Source: an uncultured Phycisphaerales bacterium (GTDB taxonomy: Bacteria; Planctomycetota; Phycisphaerae; Sedimentisphaerales; Anaerobacaceae). Taken from it: a stretch of 64,000 nt of DNA. Location of the stretch: NCBI GenBank assembly GCA_963772725.1, contig CAVYYI010000004.1, positions 32,001-96,000 of the forward strand, read 5' to 3'. This document shows, one piece after another, positions 43,877 through 55,308 of the stretch. A program made the translations under genes and the position numbers. Below the pieces are notes generated by a model. It worked only from the letters and a program-made list of their open reading frames with translations, did not search any database and had not been told where the DNA came from. Within the stretch, counting starts at the first letter, position 1, and every line of letters starts with the position of its first letter.

Positions 43877-44050
43877 TTTACCCTTTTCCTTCTTCGCCTC
43901 CTTTCCGGGCGGATATCTGAAATATTATATTTGGCTGTCCTGAACATAATTGGGAAATAAAATTACCGATATGTTCGCATGTGCAGTGCATCTTTAAAAC
44001 TTTTAGTACGACAAATGCCGATGCCTCTATAATCGCGATGTATTTTTCCA
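43877..44050 (-). CDS. Possible 57-aa leader ORF upstream of the GH16 gene
   Basis: Hand translation MEKYIAIIEASAFVVLKVLKMHCTCEHIGNFISQLCSGQPNIIFQISARKGGEEGKG*; partly similar to the region upstream of 39783. Confidence 0.3.
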
Positions 44051-44114
44051 TTTTCCACTTCCCATGAACCGTAAATATTATAATAATATTAACAGTGGTA
44101 TGGTTTATAACGAT

Positions 44115-44169
44115 ATTATCAGACTATGTCAACACCACTTTGCGACAATCTTAAACCATTTTGCGACAA
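44115..44169 (-). promoter_or_regulatory. Promoter with GATAAT -10 and tttgcgacaa direct repeat at 21-bp period
   Basis: tttgcgacaatcttaaaccat-tttgcgacaa. Confidence 0.55.
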
Positions 44170-44345
44170 GTCAATGGCTTAAGTAGCAATAAATTGTATA
44201 TAAGATTGGGTTTTAAAAATAGGATAGAATTGCAGTAACAGGAGCCGAAACCGTTTTCAAAATTCAAAGGCAAATTTTATTTCACTTTTGCTGAAGATGT
44301 ACAGTTCGTATACGAGCCTCAACCATCATAAAATCAAATTAGTAT

Positions 44346-45828
44346 TTATAATTTACCTGATAGTATTGTGAAGTAACTAAAAATGTAACCGAGAGAAAAC
44401 ATCATTGCTGTTCCCATGACTATCAGCCAGCTCCATGCGAGTTTGATGCAGCCGCTGTGGCATAAAACTAACACGGCAGTCATACATAGGGTAGTGATAA
44501 TCATTGCGAACACATTGCCGATGTTGATTTTTCTTTTTGTCAGGACACCGAGCAGAAAAACGCCCAGCAGGGCTCCGCCGGTCAGTGAGAATATCTCGAA
44601 GGCGAACCAGAGGATGTTCTCTATCGGCTCGCAGGCCAAGGCGATGATTGCTAAAATCAGGCCAAACATTATTACGCCAACTCGTGAGATGAAAAGGTAA
44701 TGTTTTTCTGTCGCGTTCTTATTTATAAGAGGGCGGTAAATGTCCGTCACAAATGAGGAACTAAGCGAACTTAGCGGTGAATCGATACTGGCTAATATTA
44801 TCGCTGAAAGTATCAAGCCTTTCAGGCCAACCGGCAGGAAATTCGCTGTAAAGTACGAAATAACTTCCTTGGCTTTGTCGGGACCAGGCATATTGGGATT
44901 TTGATAGAAAAATACATACAACAAAGTGCCGATTCCCAGATATACACAAATAACTGGAAGTACGGCCAGTATCGTCATAATAATCGTTTTCTGGCTTTCT
45001 TTTCTGGTCTTCACCGTAAGCAGCCGCTGCAACAAGTTCCATGTCAGTGCCGAAGACCGCCAGGCCGATAAAGAATGAATTTGCAGAGCCGGCCCAGAAA
45101 GTCGTAGGGTCGTTGAGATTTAAATCAAACTTAAAGATATTTAGTCGGCCTGCGTTGCCTGCGGTTTGCCAGATAGCGGATAAACCGCCCTGGATATGTA
45201 GAAAAATATATATCAGCAGGGCGACTCCTGCTGAAAAAAAGATAATCGTCTGATACGCACCCGTCCAAACCACGGCTTTTATTCCGCCAAATGCGATGAA
45301 GATAATACTGACAACCGTGAAAGACCAATAGCGTTTGTGGCAAATTCCATCCCATGATAATACCGATTCCCAGACAGGCGGCATATAATCTGACACCGGA
45401 GGCAATGAGTCGCGTAATTAAGAAAAAAAACGAACCTGCATATTGGGTCTCGGGCCGAAACGGTATCTTAAGAACTCATAAATGCTTGTGCAGTTATATT
45501 TATAGAAAACAGGGATAAATAAAAATGCTACCGAGATTTTTGCGGCCGCAGAACCGAGGAAAAACTGCAGATACTCCCAATTCTCACTATAAGCTGTCGC
45601 GGGTACACCGATAATTGTCAGAGCACTGACTTCCGTTGCGACAAAAGACAGGCAAGCGGCGAGCGGAGGGAATTTTCCTGCCGCCGAGAAAAAAATCGTT
45701 CGTATCTTTTTCCCTGCGTCCAAAAATATATGAAATAACAAAAAGAAGCAAGACAGCCGACAGACTATTATAAAATCAATTCCGCTTAAGTGACCAGAGA
45801 GTTCTTGTACAGGAGCAAATTCATTCAT
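44346..45828 (-). CDS. Sodium:solute symporter (SSS) family transporter (frameshifted)
   Basis: 'SFVATEVSALTIIGVPA', 'SIYEFLRYRFG', 'GGIKAVVWT', 'QRLLT' and 'GLKGLILSAIILAS' across four ORFs. Confidence 0.85.
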
Positions 45829-46737
<909 letters not shown>

Positions 46738-46738
<1 letters not shown>

Positions 46739-47880
46739 TATGCAGGTATTATCTTTCCTAAAATTACCGCCTCATCTGCCCCTGTAGCAGCTGGGACATT
46801 ATTGGCTATACCTTTAATAGTCGCATATGCCAGAATAGCAAAAGAAACCGCTTCTTTTGCGTCGCAGTTGATTCCAAAATCATCGATTGAACGAATTATG
46901 GTTTTCTGGAGATTCTGCTGAAGCATTTTAACCAGCGTTTTATTATGTGCACCGCCGCCGCAGAGTATTACTTCATCAGGAATTTCAGGGAGAAACTGCT
47001 GATACGCCCTGGCAATGCTGACGGCAGTAAAGCGGTCGCGGTTGCAAGCATATCCTGGGGATGATAACGATTTATTTTTTGCTTTTTTGTAAAAAACATC
47101 ACAATACTCTCTGCCGAATTCTTCGCGGCCTGTGGATTTCGGAGGCTTTCTGCGGAAGAAAGGATGACTGAGCATTTCATTAAGTATTTTTGTGTCAACT
47201 TTGCCTTTGGACGCGATTTTCCCACCTTTGTCATAATTTAATTTTCCTTTGGTGAGAATATTGACGATTCGGTCAATTATCATATTGCCCGGCCCAGTAT
47301 CGAAAGCGATAAGATGTCTCGGGCCGGCAATTTGCAGGAAGATAAGTTACATTGGCAATTCCGCCGATATTCTGAACGGCACGGTTGTGTCTTTTATCTT
47401 TAAGCAGAAAATAATCAGCAAAAGGAACCAGGGGTGCACCTTCGCCGTTTGCCGCCATATCTCTTGGCCGAAAATCCGCCACGGTTGTAATACCTGTTCG
47501 CTGGGCTATTATCGACGGCTCGCCAATCTGAAGAGTGGAGCGGATTAACCTTTTCGCCAAGACGCTGCCCTTTGGGATTATGATAAATAGTTTGACCGTG
47601 CGAGCCTATCAAATCAATTGTACTTAAGGTCAATCCTGCTTTTTCTGCATAGCTTGATGACGGACTCTGCAAATACATGGCCAAGTAAAAAATTAAAATT
47701 GGATATATCAGCCGGCCGGCAGGATTTCTGCTCACCAAGCTCAAGAATGCTTTGTCGTAAATCCGGTGGATAGACAAACGTATCAAACGCGAGCAGATTG
47801 ACCTTGTTTTTGTTAAGGTCAATAATAGCAGTGTCCACTCCATCAGCAGATGTTCCGCTCATTAGACCGATTATACGCAT
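46738..47880 (-). CDS. anmK: Anhydro-N-acetylmuramic acid kinase (frameshifted)
   Basis: [59 protein letters not shown] and KEAVSFA motifs. Confidence 0.92.
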
Positions 47881-47983
47881 CGCTTTTGTTGTTCCTACCC
47901 AAAAATACATAATTCGACAACGAAATACAGTAAAAGCAGGTATAGGCTTGATGAGCCGCTCATTCTTCTGAGCTTTGTGTTGA

Positions 47984-48193
47984 ATGACGGCACTTACAAA
48001 CCAACACACAAAAATAATCCAAAAACGGTTGGAAATCAACGACAAAATCGGCCATAGGGAACTCATCAAAAATAAAAAAACAAAAGACAATCCAGCAGAG
48101 ACAAAATCGATACTTGAAAGAAAAAAAATTATTAGTAGAATTATAATAACAGGAGTTGGCATGAAGAGCCGAGAAAACGAAACCTTCTCTTAA
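47984..48193 (+). CDS. Small basic hypothetical protein (doubtful)
   Basis: 69-aa ORF in the anmK/ettA divergent gap. Confidence 0.25.
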   Translation: MTALTNQHTKIIQKRLEINDKIGHRELIKNKKTKDNPAETKSILERKKIISRIIITGVGMKSRENETFS

Positions 48194-48262
48194 TTCAAAG
48201 AGCATTCAGTTTCACTCTTGATGAAGATGTACGGACAATTAGAAAAAAAGGAATACCGATAA

Positions 48263-49938
48263 ATGCCTCCACAATTTGTATTTGAAATGAGCGATGTATG
48301 CAAGAGTTACGGCGACAAGGAAGTTCTTCGTAACATATCACTTTCATTCTATTACGGAGCCAAGATCGGCGTGGTAGGCGAAAACGGCTCGGGAAAAAGT
48401 ACCCTGCTGAAAATAATGGCCGGCCTTGACAAGGACTTTCACGGCGAGACGAAGCTGTCGCCGAAAATGAAGGTGCGATATGTTGCTCAGGAGCCGCAGA
48501 TTGAACTGGACAAGACCATCAGGGAGAACCTTGTTACGGCGATCAAGCCCACACTGGATATGGTTGACCGCTTCAATAAAATATCGGAGCAGCTTGCCGA
48601 GCCGATGTCTGATGATGAGATGAATAAGCTGATGGAGGAGATGAGCGTTTTGCAGGATAAGATCGATGCCTGCGAGGGCTGGGAAACGGACCGTCTTATC
48701 GATATCGTCGCGGATGCGATGGTGCTGCCGCCGGACAACACCCCGGTAAGCCAGCTTTCCGGCGGAGAACGCAGGCGCGTGGCGCTGTGTATGGCGCTTC
48801 TTGAAAAGCCGGACCTGCTATTGCTGGATGAGCCGACCAACCATCTTGACGCTGAAACAGTGCAGTGGCTTGAAGTCGCTTTGCGGGAGTATCACGGCAC
48901 GGTGATCATCGTAACGCACGACCGCTATTTTCTGGACAATATCACCAAGTGGATACTCGAACTTGATAAAGGCAGCGGCCTGCCGTTCGAAGGGAACTAT
49001 TCGTCGTGGCTCAAGCAGAAAATAGAGCTTCTGCGGATAATAGAGAAGAAAGAGTCGTCGCGGCAGAAGACGCTTGCCCGCGAGCTGGAGTGGATCAATA
49101 TGTCGGCCAAGGCGCGTAACCAGAAGAACCAGGCACGTATCAACGCTTATAACAAACTCGCTGCTCAGTCCGCGGAAGACAGGCAAGGCGACGTGGTGAT
49201 ACAGATCCCGTCAGGCCAGCGGCTGGGCGACAAGGTGCTTTCGTTTAAAGATGTATCAAAGAGGTACGGTGAAACTCCGCTGCTCGAAGGCTGCTCGTTT
49301 GAATTGCCGCGCAATGCGATTGTCGGCGTCATCGGGCCCAATGGAATCGGCAAGACAACGCTTTTCCGGATGATAACAAAACAGGAGCAGCCCGATTCCG
49401 GCGCAGATAGAGATAGGCGAGAGCGTATCTATCGGCTATGTTGACCAGCAGCGTGACTGCCCTTGACGGCAGCAAAACGATATTCGAGGAGATATCGGAC
49501 GGCAAAGACAAGATCGATGTCGGCGGCGTTTCCATTTCGTCCCGTGCCTATATCGCAAGGTTTAATTTCAGAGATACCCAGCAGCAGAAGAAAGTGTCGC
49601 AGTGTTCCGGCGGCGAGCTTAACAGGATTCATTTGGCAAAGATGCTGCGGCGCGGCGGCAATCTTCTGCTTCTTGACGAGCCGACCAACGACCTTGACGT
49701 GGATACCATGCGTGTGCTGGAGCAGGCGATCATAGATTTTCAAGGCTGTGCCATGGTGATCAGCCATGACCGTTTCTTTCTTGACCGGATATGCACGCAC
49801 CTGCTGATATTTGAGGGCAACGGCAAAACACAATGGTTCCAGGGCAATTTCGCAACCTATGAGGAAAAAGTTCAGGCGGAAAATCCGGACCGTCTGGCCC
49901 ACCGCCGCAGCAAGTATAAGCAGCTTAAGCTGAGGTGA
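48263..49938 (+). CDS. ettA: ABC-F energy-dependent translational throttle protein (one frameshift near 49410)
   Basis: [47 protein letters not shown] and second ABC domain with LDEPTNDLD. Confidence 0.9.
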
Positions 49939-50061
49939 TGACAAATAATAGTCTGGCAGTTTTTATCCCAAACTTTTTATCGACGAAATTGCTTGCATCG
50001 GGGAGAACGTGTGATAAGATGAATGATTATATAAAATTAACTTATAAAGCTGAAGGTATGT

Positions 50062-50862
50062 ATGCCTCTTTATTTCAAATCATTGCGAAGCAGCAGTTCG
50101 GGAAATTGTCTTCTGTTATGGACTAAAAACACAAGAGTGATAATCGATTGCGGCCTTGGTTCAATGAAAAGAACGGAACATCTGCTTACCGAGCATTTAG
50201 GAAGCCCCGGTAATGCCAATGCTGTAATTTTTACTCATATGCACGGCGACCACTGCTCTCATTATCCCTTAAGGGTTATTCAAGAATATGGATTACCAAT
50301 ACGTGTCCATGAAAGCATTGTTGAACAGCTCAAAGAAAAACATTGCAGCCAAAGTTTATTCAACGATTTAAAGATTAAGGCTTTCACAGACAGGGAGTTT
50401 AAAGTCGGAGAATTATTATTCCATCCTTTTGAAGTTTCACATAGCCCTTCTTATAAAACTTACGGTTTTATAATCCGATATAAAAGTAGACGTGGTTGGA
50501 AGAAAGCTGTTATTGCAACAGATTTTAATAATAGCAGGGATGTAGTGAGTCATTTTATTGATGCCGATTTTATATTTGTCGAATCAAATCACGATTTAGA
50601 ACTCCTCAAACAATATCCGAATCCAAATAGTTCCTATCATCTGAGTAATCCTAAAACAGCCGATTTGCTTTGTAAGGCTCGCTTTGGAAGCAAAAAATCA
50701 CCTGAGACTGTAATTCTTGGGCATCTCAGCAATCAAAGAAATGAGATGAGTATTGCAATAAGGGAAACAAGGGATACTTTCAAACGGTTGGGATTAGAAT
50801 TAGATTTTAAACTTTGCGCAGCCCCGCTCTACGAAAGCAGCGATACAATAGGGATTGGTTAA
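50062..50862 (+). CDS. MBL-fold metallo-hydrolase (YycJ/PhnP-like)
   Basis: SSSSGN, IDCG, THMHGDH, ATD, ESNHD and HLSN motifs. Confidence 0.88.
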   Translation: MPLYFKSLRSSSSGNCLLLWTKNTRVIIDCGLGSMKRTEHLLTEHLGSPGNANAVIFTHMHGDHCSHYPLRVIQEYGLPIRVHESIVEQLKEKHCSQSLFNDLKIKAFTDREFKVGELLFHPFEVSHSPSYKTYGFIIRYKSRRGWKKAVIATDFNNSRDVVSHFIDADFIFVESNHDLELLKQYPNPNSSYHLSNPKTADLLCKARFGSKKSPETVILGHLSNQRNEMSIAIRETRDTFKRLGLELDFKLCAAPLYESSDTIGIG

Positions 50863-50915
50863 GAACAAAGATTGAATAAACTGTAAAAGTCAGTTTTTTA
50901 AAAGGAACATCACTT

Positions 50916-51038
50916 ATGAAAAAGAAAGAACATTTTACACGTCGAGACTTCATAAAAGAAAGTCTTATCGGGACCGCGGCAATACTATCCGTACAAACGC
51001 CAAACATTTTTGCCGGGAGCAGGGATAGTAAGAAATAG
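50916..51038 (+). pseudogene. Orphan twin-arginine signal peptide remnant
   Basis: MKKKEHFTRRDFIKESLIGTAAILSVQTPNIFAGSRDSKK* with aagga SD. Confidence 0.55.
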
Positions 51039-51186
51039 TAAGGTTGGAAGGCCGGAATGTTGATAAATGTTAATACGACAGCGCTACTTTGTTCATAAGT
51101 CCTTATTTTGCGTTGGTAATGAATTTTACCAAACCACATTTTTGATACCATAAAATGGGTATCCGTTAAAAACCAGCGCTGTCATA

Positions 51187-51537
51187 TTAAAGAGTAAAAT
51201 CATAATTAGCCGGTTCGTATTTGTACATGTCTCCAGTAGCCAAATCGATAATTAAACCCGGCCAAAAAAGAATATTTACCCAATAAAGACCTTGAATGTG
51301 CTTCTCCAGAGGCTGGGAATCGGTCTTATCGCCGTAGGAAACCTCAACAACGTAGTTTTTGCCCCGCGGAAGCCAGACTTCATAAGGCGTTACCCCCTTA
51401 TACGGCCCCATTTTTACTTTTGCCCCCTTGTGTGTTGAATCAATAGAAACCTTTTCCGGGCCAGAAGTGAATATACTGCAGCAACCCTGATTAAAGAGTA
51501 ACACAGCCAACAAAAGAATTATCAAAGCCTTTTTCAT
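51187..51537 (-). CDS. Putative lipoprotein (PEGA-like)
   Basis: Lipobox-like QGC, 'V.IDS..GAKV....GVTP', C-terminal 'WVNILFWPGLIIDLATG'. Confidence 0.7.
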   Translation of the reverse strand: MKKALIILLLAVLLFNQGCCSIFTSGPEKVSIDSTHKGAKVKMGPYKGVTPYEVWLPRGKNYVVEVSYGDKTDSQPLEKHIQGLYWVNILFWPGLIIDLATGDMYKYEPANYDFTL

Positions 51538-51877
51538 GTTTGAGTCCTTTCAAAAAATTGGTTATTAGTGAGTCTAAATGCTTAGTTACTTTACAAAAAC
51601 ACATCCTGAAATTCATTTGGCGAAATTGTATCCGCTTATCGTTGCAAAGCAAGTAAAAACTGAGGAAAATATATTTTTAGTGTCTCCTTCTCAACATCAC
51701 CGCGCCGAGGCTGAGCAGTAAAAGCGTAGTGGGTTCGGGAATGTTATAGACAAAGCCGTGTTGATTGCCTAAACTGTCTACATAATTGCCAACAACAATG
51801 TTGCCGCTAATACCACAAGCATATGTGTTCCACATAATCCCAGGATAACAACTGTAATATCGCTGTAATAAACGACA

Positions 51878-52075
51878 TCAACGCCGAGCGATTGAGCCGG
51901 ATGAGATACGTAGGCTGCTTGAAACTACAAAAGGGCAGCTGGTACGATTTGGAATGGCTGGGCAAGAGCGTTATTTGTTGTATGAGTTGGCAGTCGAAAC
52001 CGGCACGGATGATAAGCTTGTTGAGGCTACTCAAAATGACTTAAACCAGTTGACACCAAAATTGACACCTTTTTG
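51878..52075 (+). pseudogene. Internally deleted tyrosine integrase remnant
   Basis: 'QRRAIEPDEIRRLLETT...GMAGQERYLLYELAVETG' breaks just before the catalytic Arg of 'TGLR'; ttgacacc direct repeat follows. Confidence 0.6.
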
Positions 52076-52233
52076 GATACCTACAGCTTTCTCCGGATGT
52101 AACGATTCGGCAACAGTTGGCACTCAGCAGAGCGATATCAAGGCAAATAGCAATGATTATAACTGTTTAGACAATGGTAAGTTAGACAACAAAAAAAGCT
52201 GTTTGTCTTTGGCTGTCATCGGTAAAAAGCAAA

Positions 52234-52280
52234 TGCGCCCGACAGGAATCGAACCTGTAACCTTCGGATTCGAAGTCCGA
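52234..52280 (-). pseudogene. tRNA-Arg(TCG) 3' fragment, prophage att site
   Basis: Reverse complement tcgga-cttcgaa-tccga anticodon arm, acaggttcgattcctgt T-arm and cgggcgca; 5' half absent. Confidence 0.85.
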
Positions 52281-52540
52281 ACCCCATATTTTTTTAACCC
52301 TTGTCAAATAAAAAATCTGCATTATTTTTAAAAAAATGGCACTTAATTTAAGTTATTTTCGTTTATTGCGTTGTCCTTGTTGCCCTTGTTGGTGATGTTT
52401 TGGTGATATGGAAAACCGTGGTATAATGTACGTGTAGCAGGGACATTAAAAGTCCATATTGAGAATTTTAGGAGAAATGACATGGTACGTGGTTAAAAAT
52501 TAAATGGCAAGGACGCCTTGGTTCAGGCAGGGAGGCCTTT

Positions 52541-52702
52541 ATGGCAGTATGCAGAATTTGCGGCTTAGAGGACAAACGATTGCCGGAGGGTTGGGTGAAC
52601 TGGGAATGTTTGCTGTGTGAATTAGAAGTCTGTGTTACATGCACGGAGTCAATTGATGAGGTTGCGATAGAAATGATAAATGGGGATTCACAAAACAAAT
52701 GA
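52541..52702 (+). CDS. 53-aa Cys-rich phage protein (three CxxC)
   Basis: ggagg SD; MAVCRICG..ECLLCELEVCVTC..; stop overlaps the terS start (ATGA). Confidence 0.6.
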   Translation: MAVCRICGLEDKRLPEGWVNWECLLCELEVCVTCTESIDEVAIEMINGDSQNK

Positions 52703-53328
52703 CCAGCGACGAAACACCTATCGACTATGATACTTATCGGCTGTTCGCTATGTACGCCGATGGCGTTCCTGTTGCTGAAATTGCCCTTGCGTTCGGCTGG
52801 GCATCGCCTACAACGGTTTATCAGCACTTGAACCAATTCCCCGAAAAGTATGCCGAGGCCAAAAAGCATCTGCTCGAAAAGCGTAATGCTAAGTATCGCA
52901 GGACTGGATCGTTAGCAGTCGATATCCAAATTCACACCCTTGAGGAATATCATCGTAGGTTAATGAATGAGCCAGAACTAAAAACAGAATACAGTAAATT
53001 AATTCTTGAATCAGTAGAAAATGGCTATGGCGATATAATTGATAAAGATAAATCTAATCCGGAATTAAAACGTAAGGCTCGTATTTGCATTATAAAAATT
53101 GAGCAGCTAAGAGAAACATTGCTCAATATCGAATGGATACGCAAGAACGTTAAAGACATTGCCGCAATTGGCGATACCGCGGAAAAACGTGCCGACCTGA
53201 ACGAGGGCAAAGCAACAGAGCGTGTTGTGAACGTAGGCTTGGAGCCTACCAAGGAGGAGTGGGAGGAATTCTGGAAGGCCCAGAAATCCGCGGGAGTCGG
53301 CATAGACTCCGAGTCTATCGGACAATAA
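52699..53328 (+). CDS. Putative terminase small subunit
   Basis: N-terminal HTH (YADGVPVAEIALAFGWASPTTVYQHL), helical body, directly upstream of terL. Confidence 0.6.
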   Translation: MTSDETPIDYDTYRLFAMYADGVPVAEIALAFGWASPTTVYQHLNQFPEKYAEAKKHLLEKRNAKYRRTGSLAVDIQIHTLEEYHRRLMNEPELKTEYSKLILESVENGYGDIIDKDKSNPELKRKARICIIKIEQLRETLLNIEWIRKNVKDIAAIGDTAEKRADLNEGKATERVVNVGLEPTKEEWEEFWKAQKSAGVGIDSESIGQ

Positions 53329-53335
53329 TTAAAAA

Positions 53336-55117
53336 ATGATTTGCACGGAAGCAAAAATAGAACAACTCTCAAAGCGAAGCTCGCTGGGCTGGCAGCGTTC
53401 TCACCTCAAGATAGTCAATAAAAACAGTCAGCTTGTACCTCTCATACACAATATTGCGCAGTTAAAATTACATAACGCTCTACAACTTCAAAGAGAACGC
53501 GGCCTGCCGCTTCGAGCAATATGCCTTAAGGCCCGCCAGTTCGGTATCTCAACTTATGTCGCTGCGTCTAATTTCGAGGCAACAAACCGATCCTCGAATA
53601 CGCACGCATGTATAGCGTCGGCAGATATTGACGCGACAAATAAAGTTTTCGGCATGTACGAGACATTCCAATCAGAGATATCCGAGTATGTAAAACGAGA
53701 GACAAGGCGATCGAATCGTAAAGAAATAGTTTACGAGGCTCCGCATCGCTCCAGTATTCTCTGCCAGACGGCAGGTAAACAGGTTCTTGGCCGCGGTGGT
53801 ACTACGCAAAGGGTTCACGCGTCCGAAGTGGCGTTTTGGGCCAATGCAAAAAGACAATTAATTGGTTTGTTGCAGGAAGTGCCTGAAACGCCTGAGAGCC
53901 TTATTGTTCTCGAATCAACAGCTTGCGGAGTGGGCGGCGAGTTCCACGATAGGTACTGGCAATCGGTATATCACTTGAAGAATAACCCGGAAGATTACAG
54001 CGGATATCTGCCAATCTTCCTGCCCTGGTACATCTTCCCGGAGTATAGCGTACAAGTTCCAGAGAGCCTTCAATCTGATGGGAAACTTAGACTTATAAAC
54101 GATGAGCCATACCTTGAGCAGGAGACGGTTAGCTTCCTACGCAGTAAAGGTATTAACTTGACCGATGAGCAGATTTACTGGAGAAGGGGCAAGATTAAAA
54201 ATGCTTGCGGCGGTGACCTTGGATTATTTAAACAAGAGTATCCAGCCACGGCCCGCGAGGCTTTCCAATCGACAGGCAAGATGATATTCCAGCCTACACT
54301 TTTGGATAAGCACGAGCAGAATTGCAGGCCGCCAATCGCCATAGTTGAGTTTGTAAAATCAGGCAGTGATGTTAAACCTGATAATGTTTTAAAGAATCAG
54401 GATTGCTGGAAGATATGGCGATGGCCTGAAAGTAATCATGAATATGTTTTATTTGGTGACGTATGCGAGGGCCTTCTCGCCAATCCAAACGATCCTAAGA
54501 GCGACTTGGACTATCATGCCGCCGGCATACTCAACCGCAATACCTATGAGCTTGTAGCGACATTCCATGGACGATGCGACACAATACCTTACGGCGTTCA
54601 GTGTGTACTTGCATCGCAATTTTATAACTGGGCATGGGCGTCACCAGAGGTGAATAGTTGCGGGCTGGCCGTACTGAATGAGTTTAAGCGGGCCAATTAT
54701 CCGCATATCTATCAGCGATTGAGGAAACAGGAAGAGGACGTTGAAGAAGAGGCCATGCAGCTTGGTTACAAAACAACAACGCTTAATCGCAAGCCTGGTA
54801 TCGAGTGCGTTAAGCAGGTTTTAAACGATCAGGATATAACCATTTACGATAAGGCTGTTGTTGACGAGCTTCGTGTATTTGTAAACAAGAACGGCAGGCC
54901 GGAAGCAGAGAGCGGGTATCACGACGACTTCGTTATGATGATCGTCGGTCTAATCCAGCTTCACCTCCAGTGTTCTCTGGGTGACAGCGACATCGAGCAA
55001 ACAAGCACATCAGACCGCAGAGATAATAAAAAAGTAAACAATATCCTGATTGCTGGTGACTACGACAGTTTCGACGACATAGACGAGGATGAAGACCCCT
55101 ATGAGGATTACGAATGA
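53336..55117 (+). CDS. terL: Phage terminase large subunit
   Basis: LKARQFGIST Walker A, HASEVAFW Walker B, LESTA, FKQEYP, GDVCEG and HDDFVM nuclease motifs. Confidence 0.92.
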   Translation: MICTEAKIEQLSKRSSLGWQRSHLKIVNKNSQLVPLIHNIAQLKLHNALQLQRERGLPLRAICLKARQFGISTYVAASNFEATNRSSNTHACIASADIDATNKVFGMYETFQSEISEYVKRETRRSNRKEIVYEAPHRSSILCQTAGKQVLGRGGTTQRVHASEVAFWANAKRQLIGLLQEVPETPESLIVLESTACGVGGEFHDRYWQSVYHLKNNPEDYSGYLPIFLPWYIFPEYSVQVPESLQSDGKLRLINDEPYLEQETVSFLRSKGINLTDEQIYWRRGKIKNACGGDLGLFKQEYPATAREAFQSTGKMIFQPTLLDKHEQNCRPPIAIVEFVKSGSDVKPDNVLKNQDCWKIWRWPESNHEYVLFGDVCEGLLANPNDPKSDLDYHAAGILNRNTYELVATFHGRCDTIPYGVQCVLASQFYNWAWASPEVNSCGLAVLNEFKRANYPHIYQRLRKQEEDVEEEAMQLGYKTTTLNRKPGIECVKQVLNDQDITIYDKAVVDELRVFVNKNGRPEAESGYHDDFVMMIVGLIQLHLQCSLGDSDIEQTSTSDRRDNKKVNNILIAGDYDSFDDIDEDEDPYEDYE

Positions 55118-55308
55118 TTGAGGCAATTATATATATTTTCGTTTTCTTGGCTGGAATAGCAATAGGCGGCTTTGGCGCATTGAAGTGCGTCAAGTTCGGT
55201 ATTCGTGCCAGCTATGAGATTCGTAACGGCACGGTAGGGCTTGTCAAAGATGATGCTGATGCCGAGATAAAAATGTTAGAGAAAAGGGATAAGGATTTAA
55301 AAAAATGA
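55114..55308 (+). CDS. Small single-TM phage protein
   Basis: Hydrophobic N-terminus; overlaps both neighbours by ATGA. Confidence 0.6.
   Translation: MIEAIIYIFVFLAGIAIGGFGALKCVKFGIRASYEIRNGTVGLVKDDADAEIKMLEKRDKDLKK

Noticed and set aside
47881..48162. Hydrophobic N-terminal extension on AnmK
   Set aside because: AnmK homology starts at [11 protein letters not shown] (47880); the extension reflects T-rich intergenic DNA
52234..52280. Functional tRNA-Arg
   Set aside because: The 5' half is missing; treated as an att fragment
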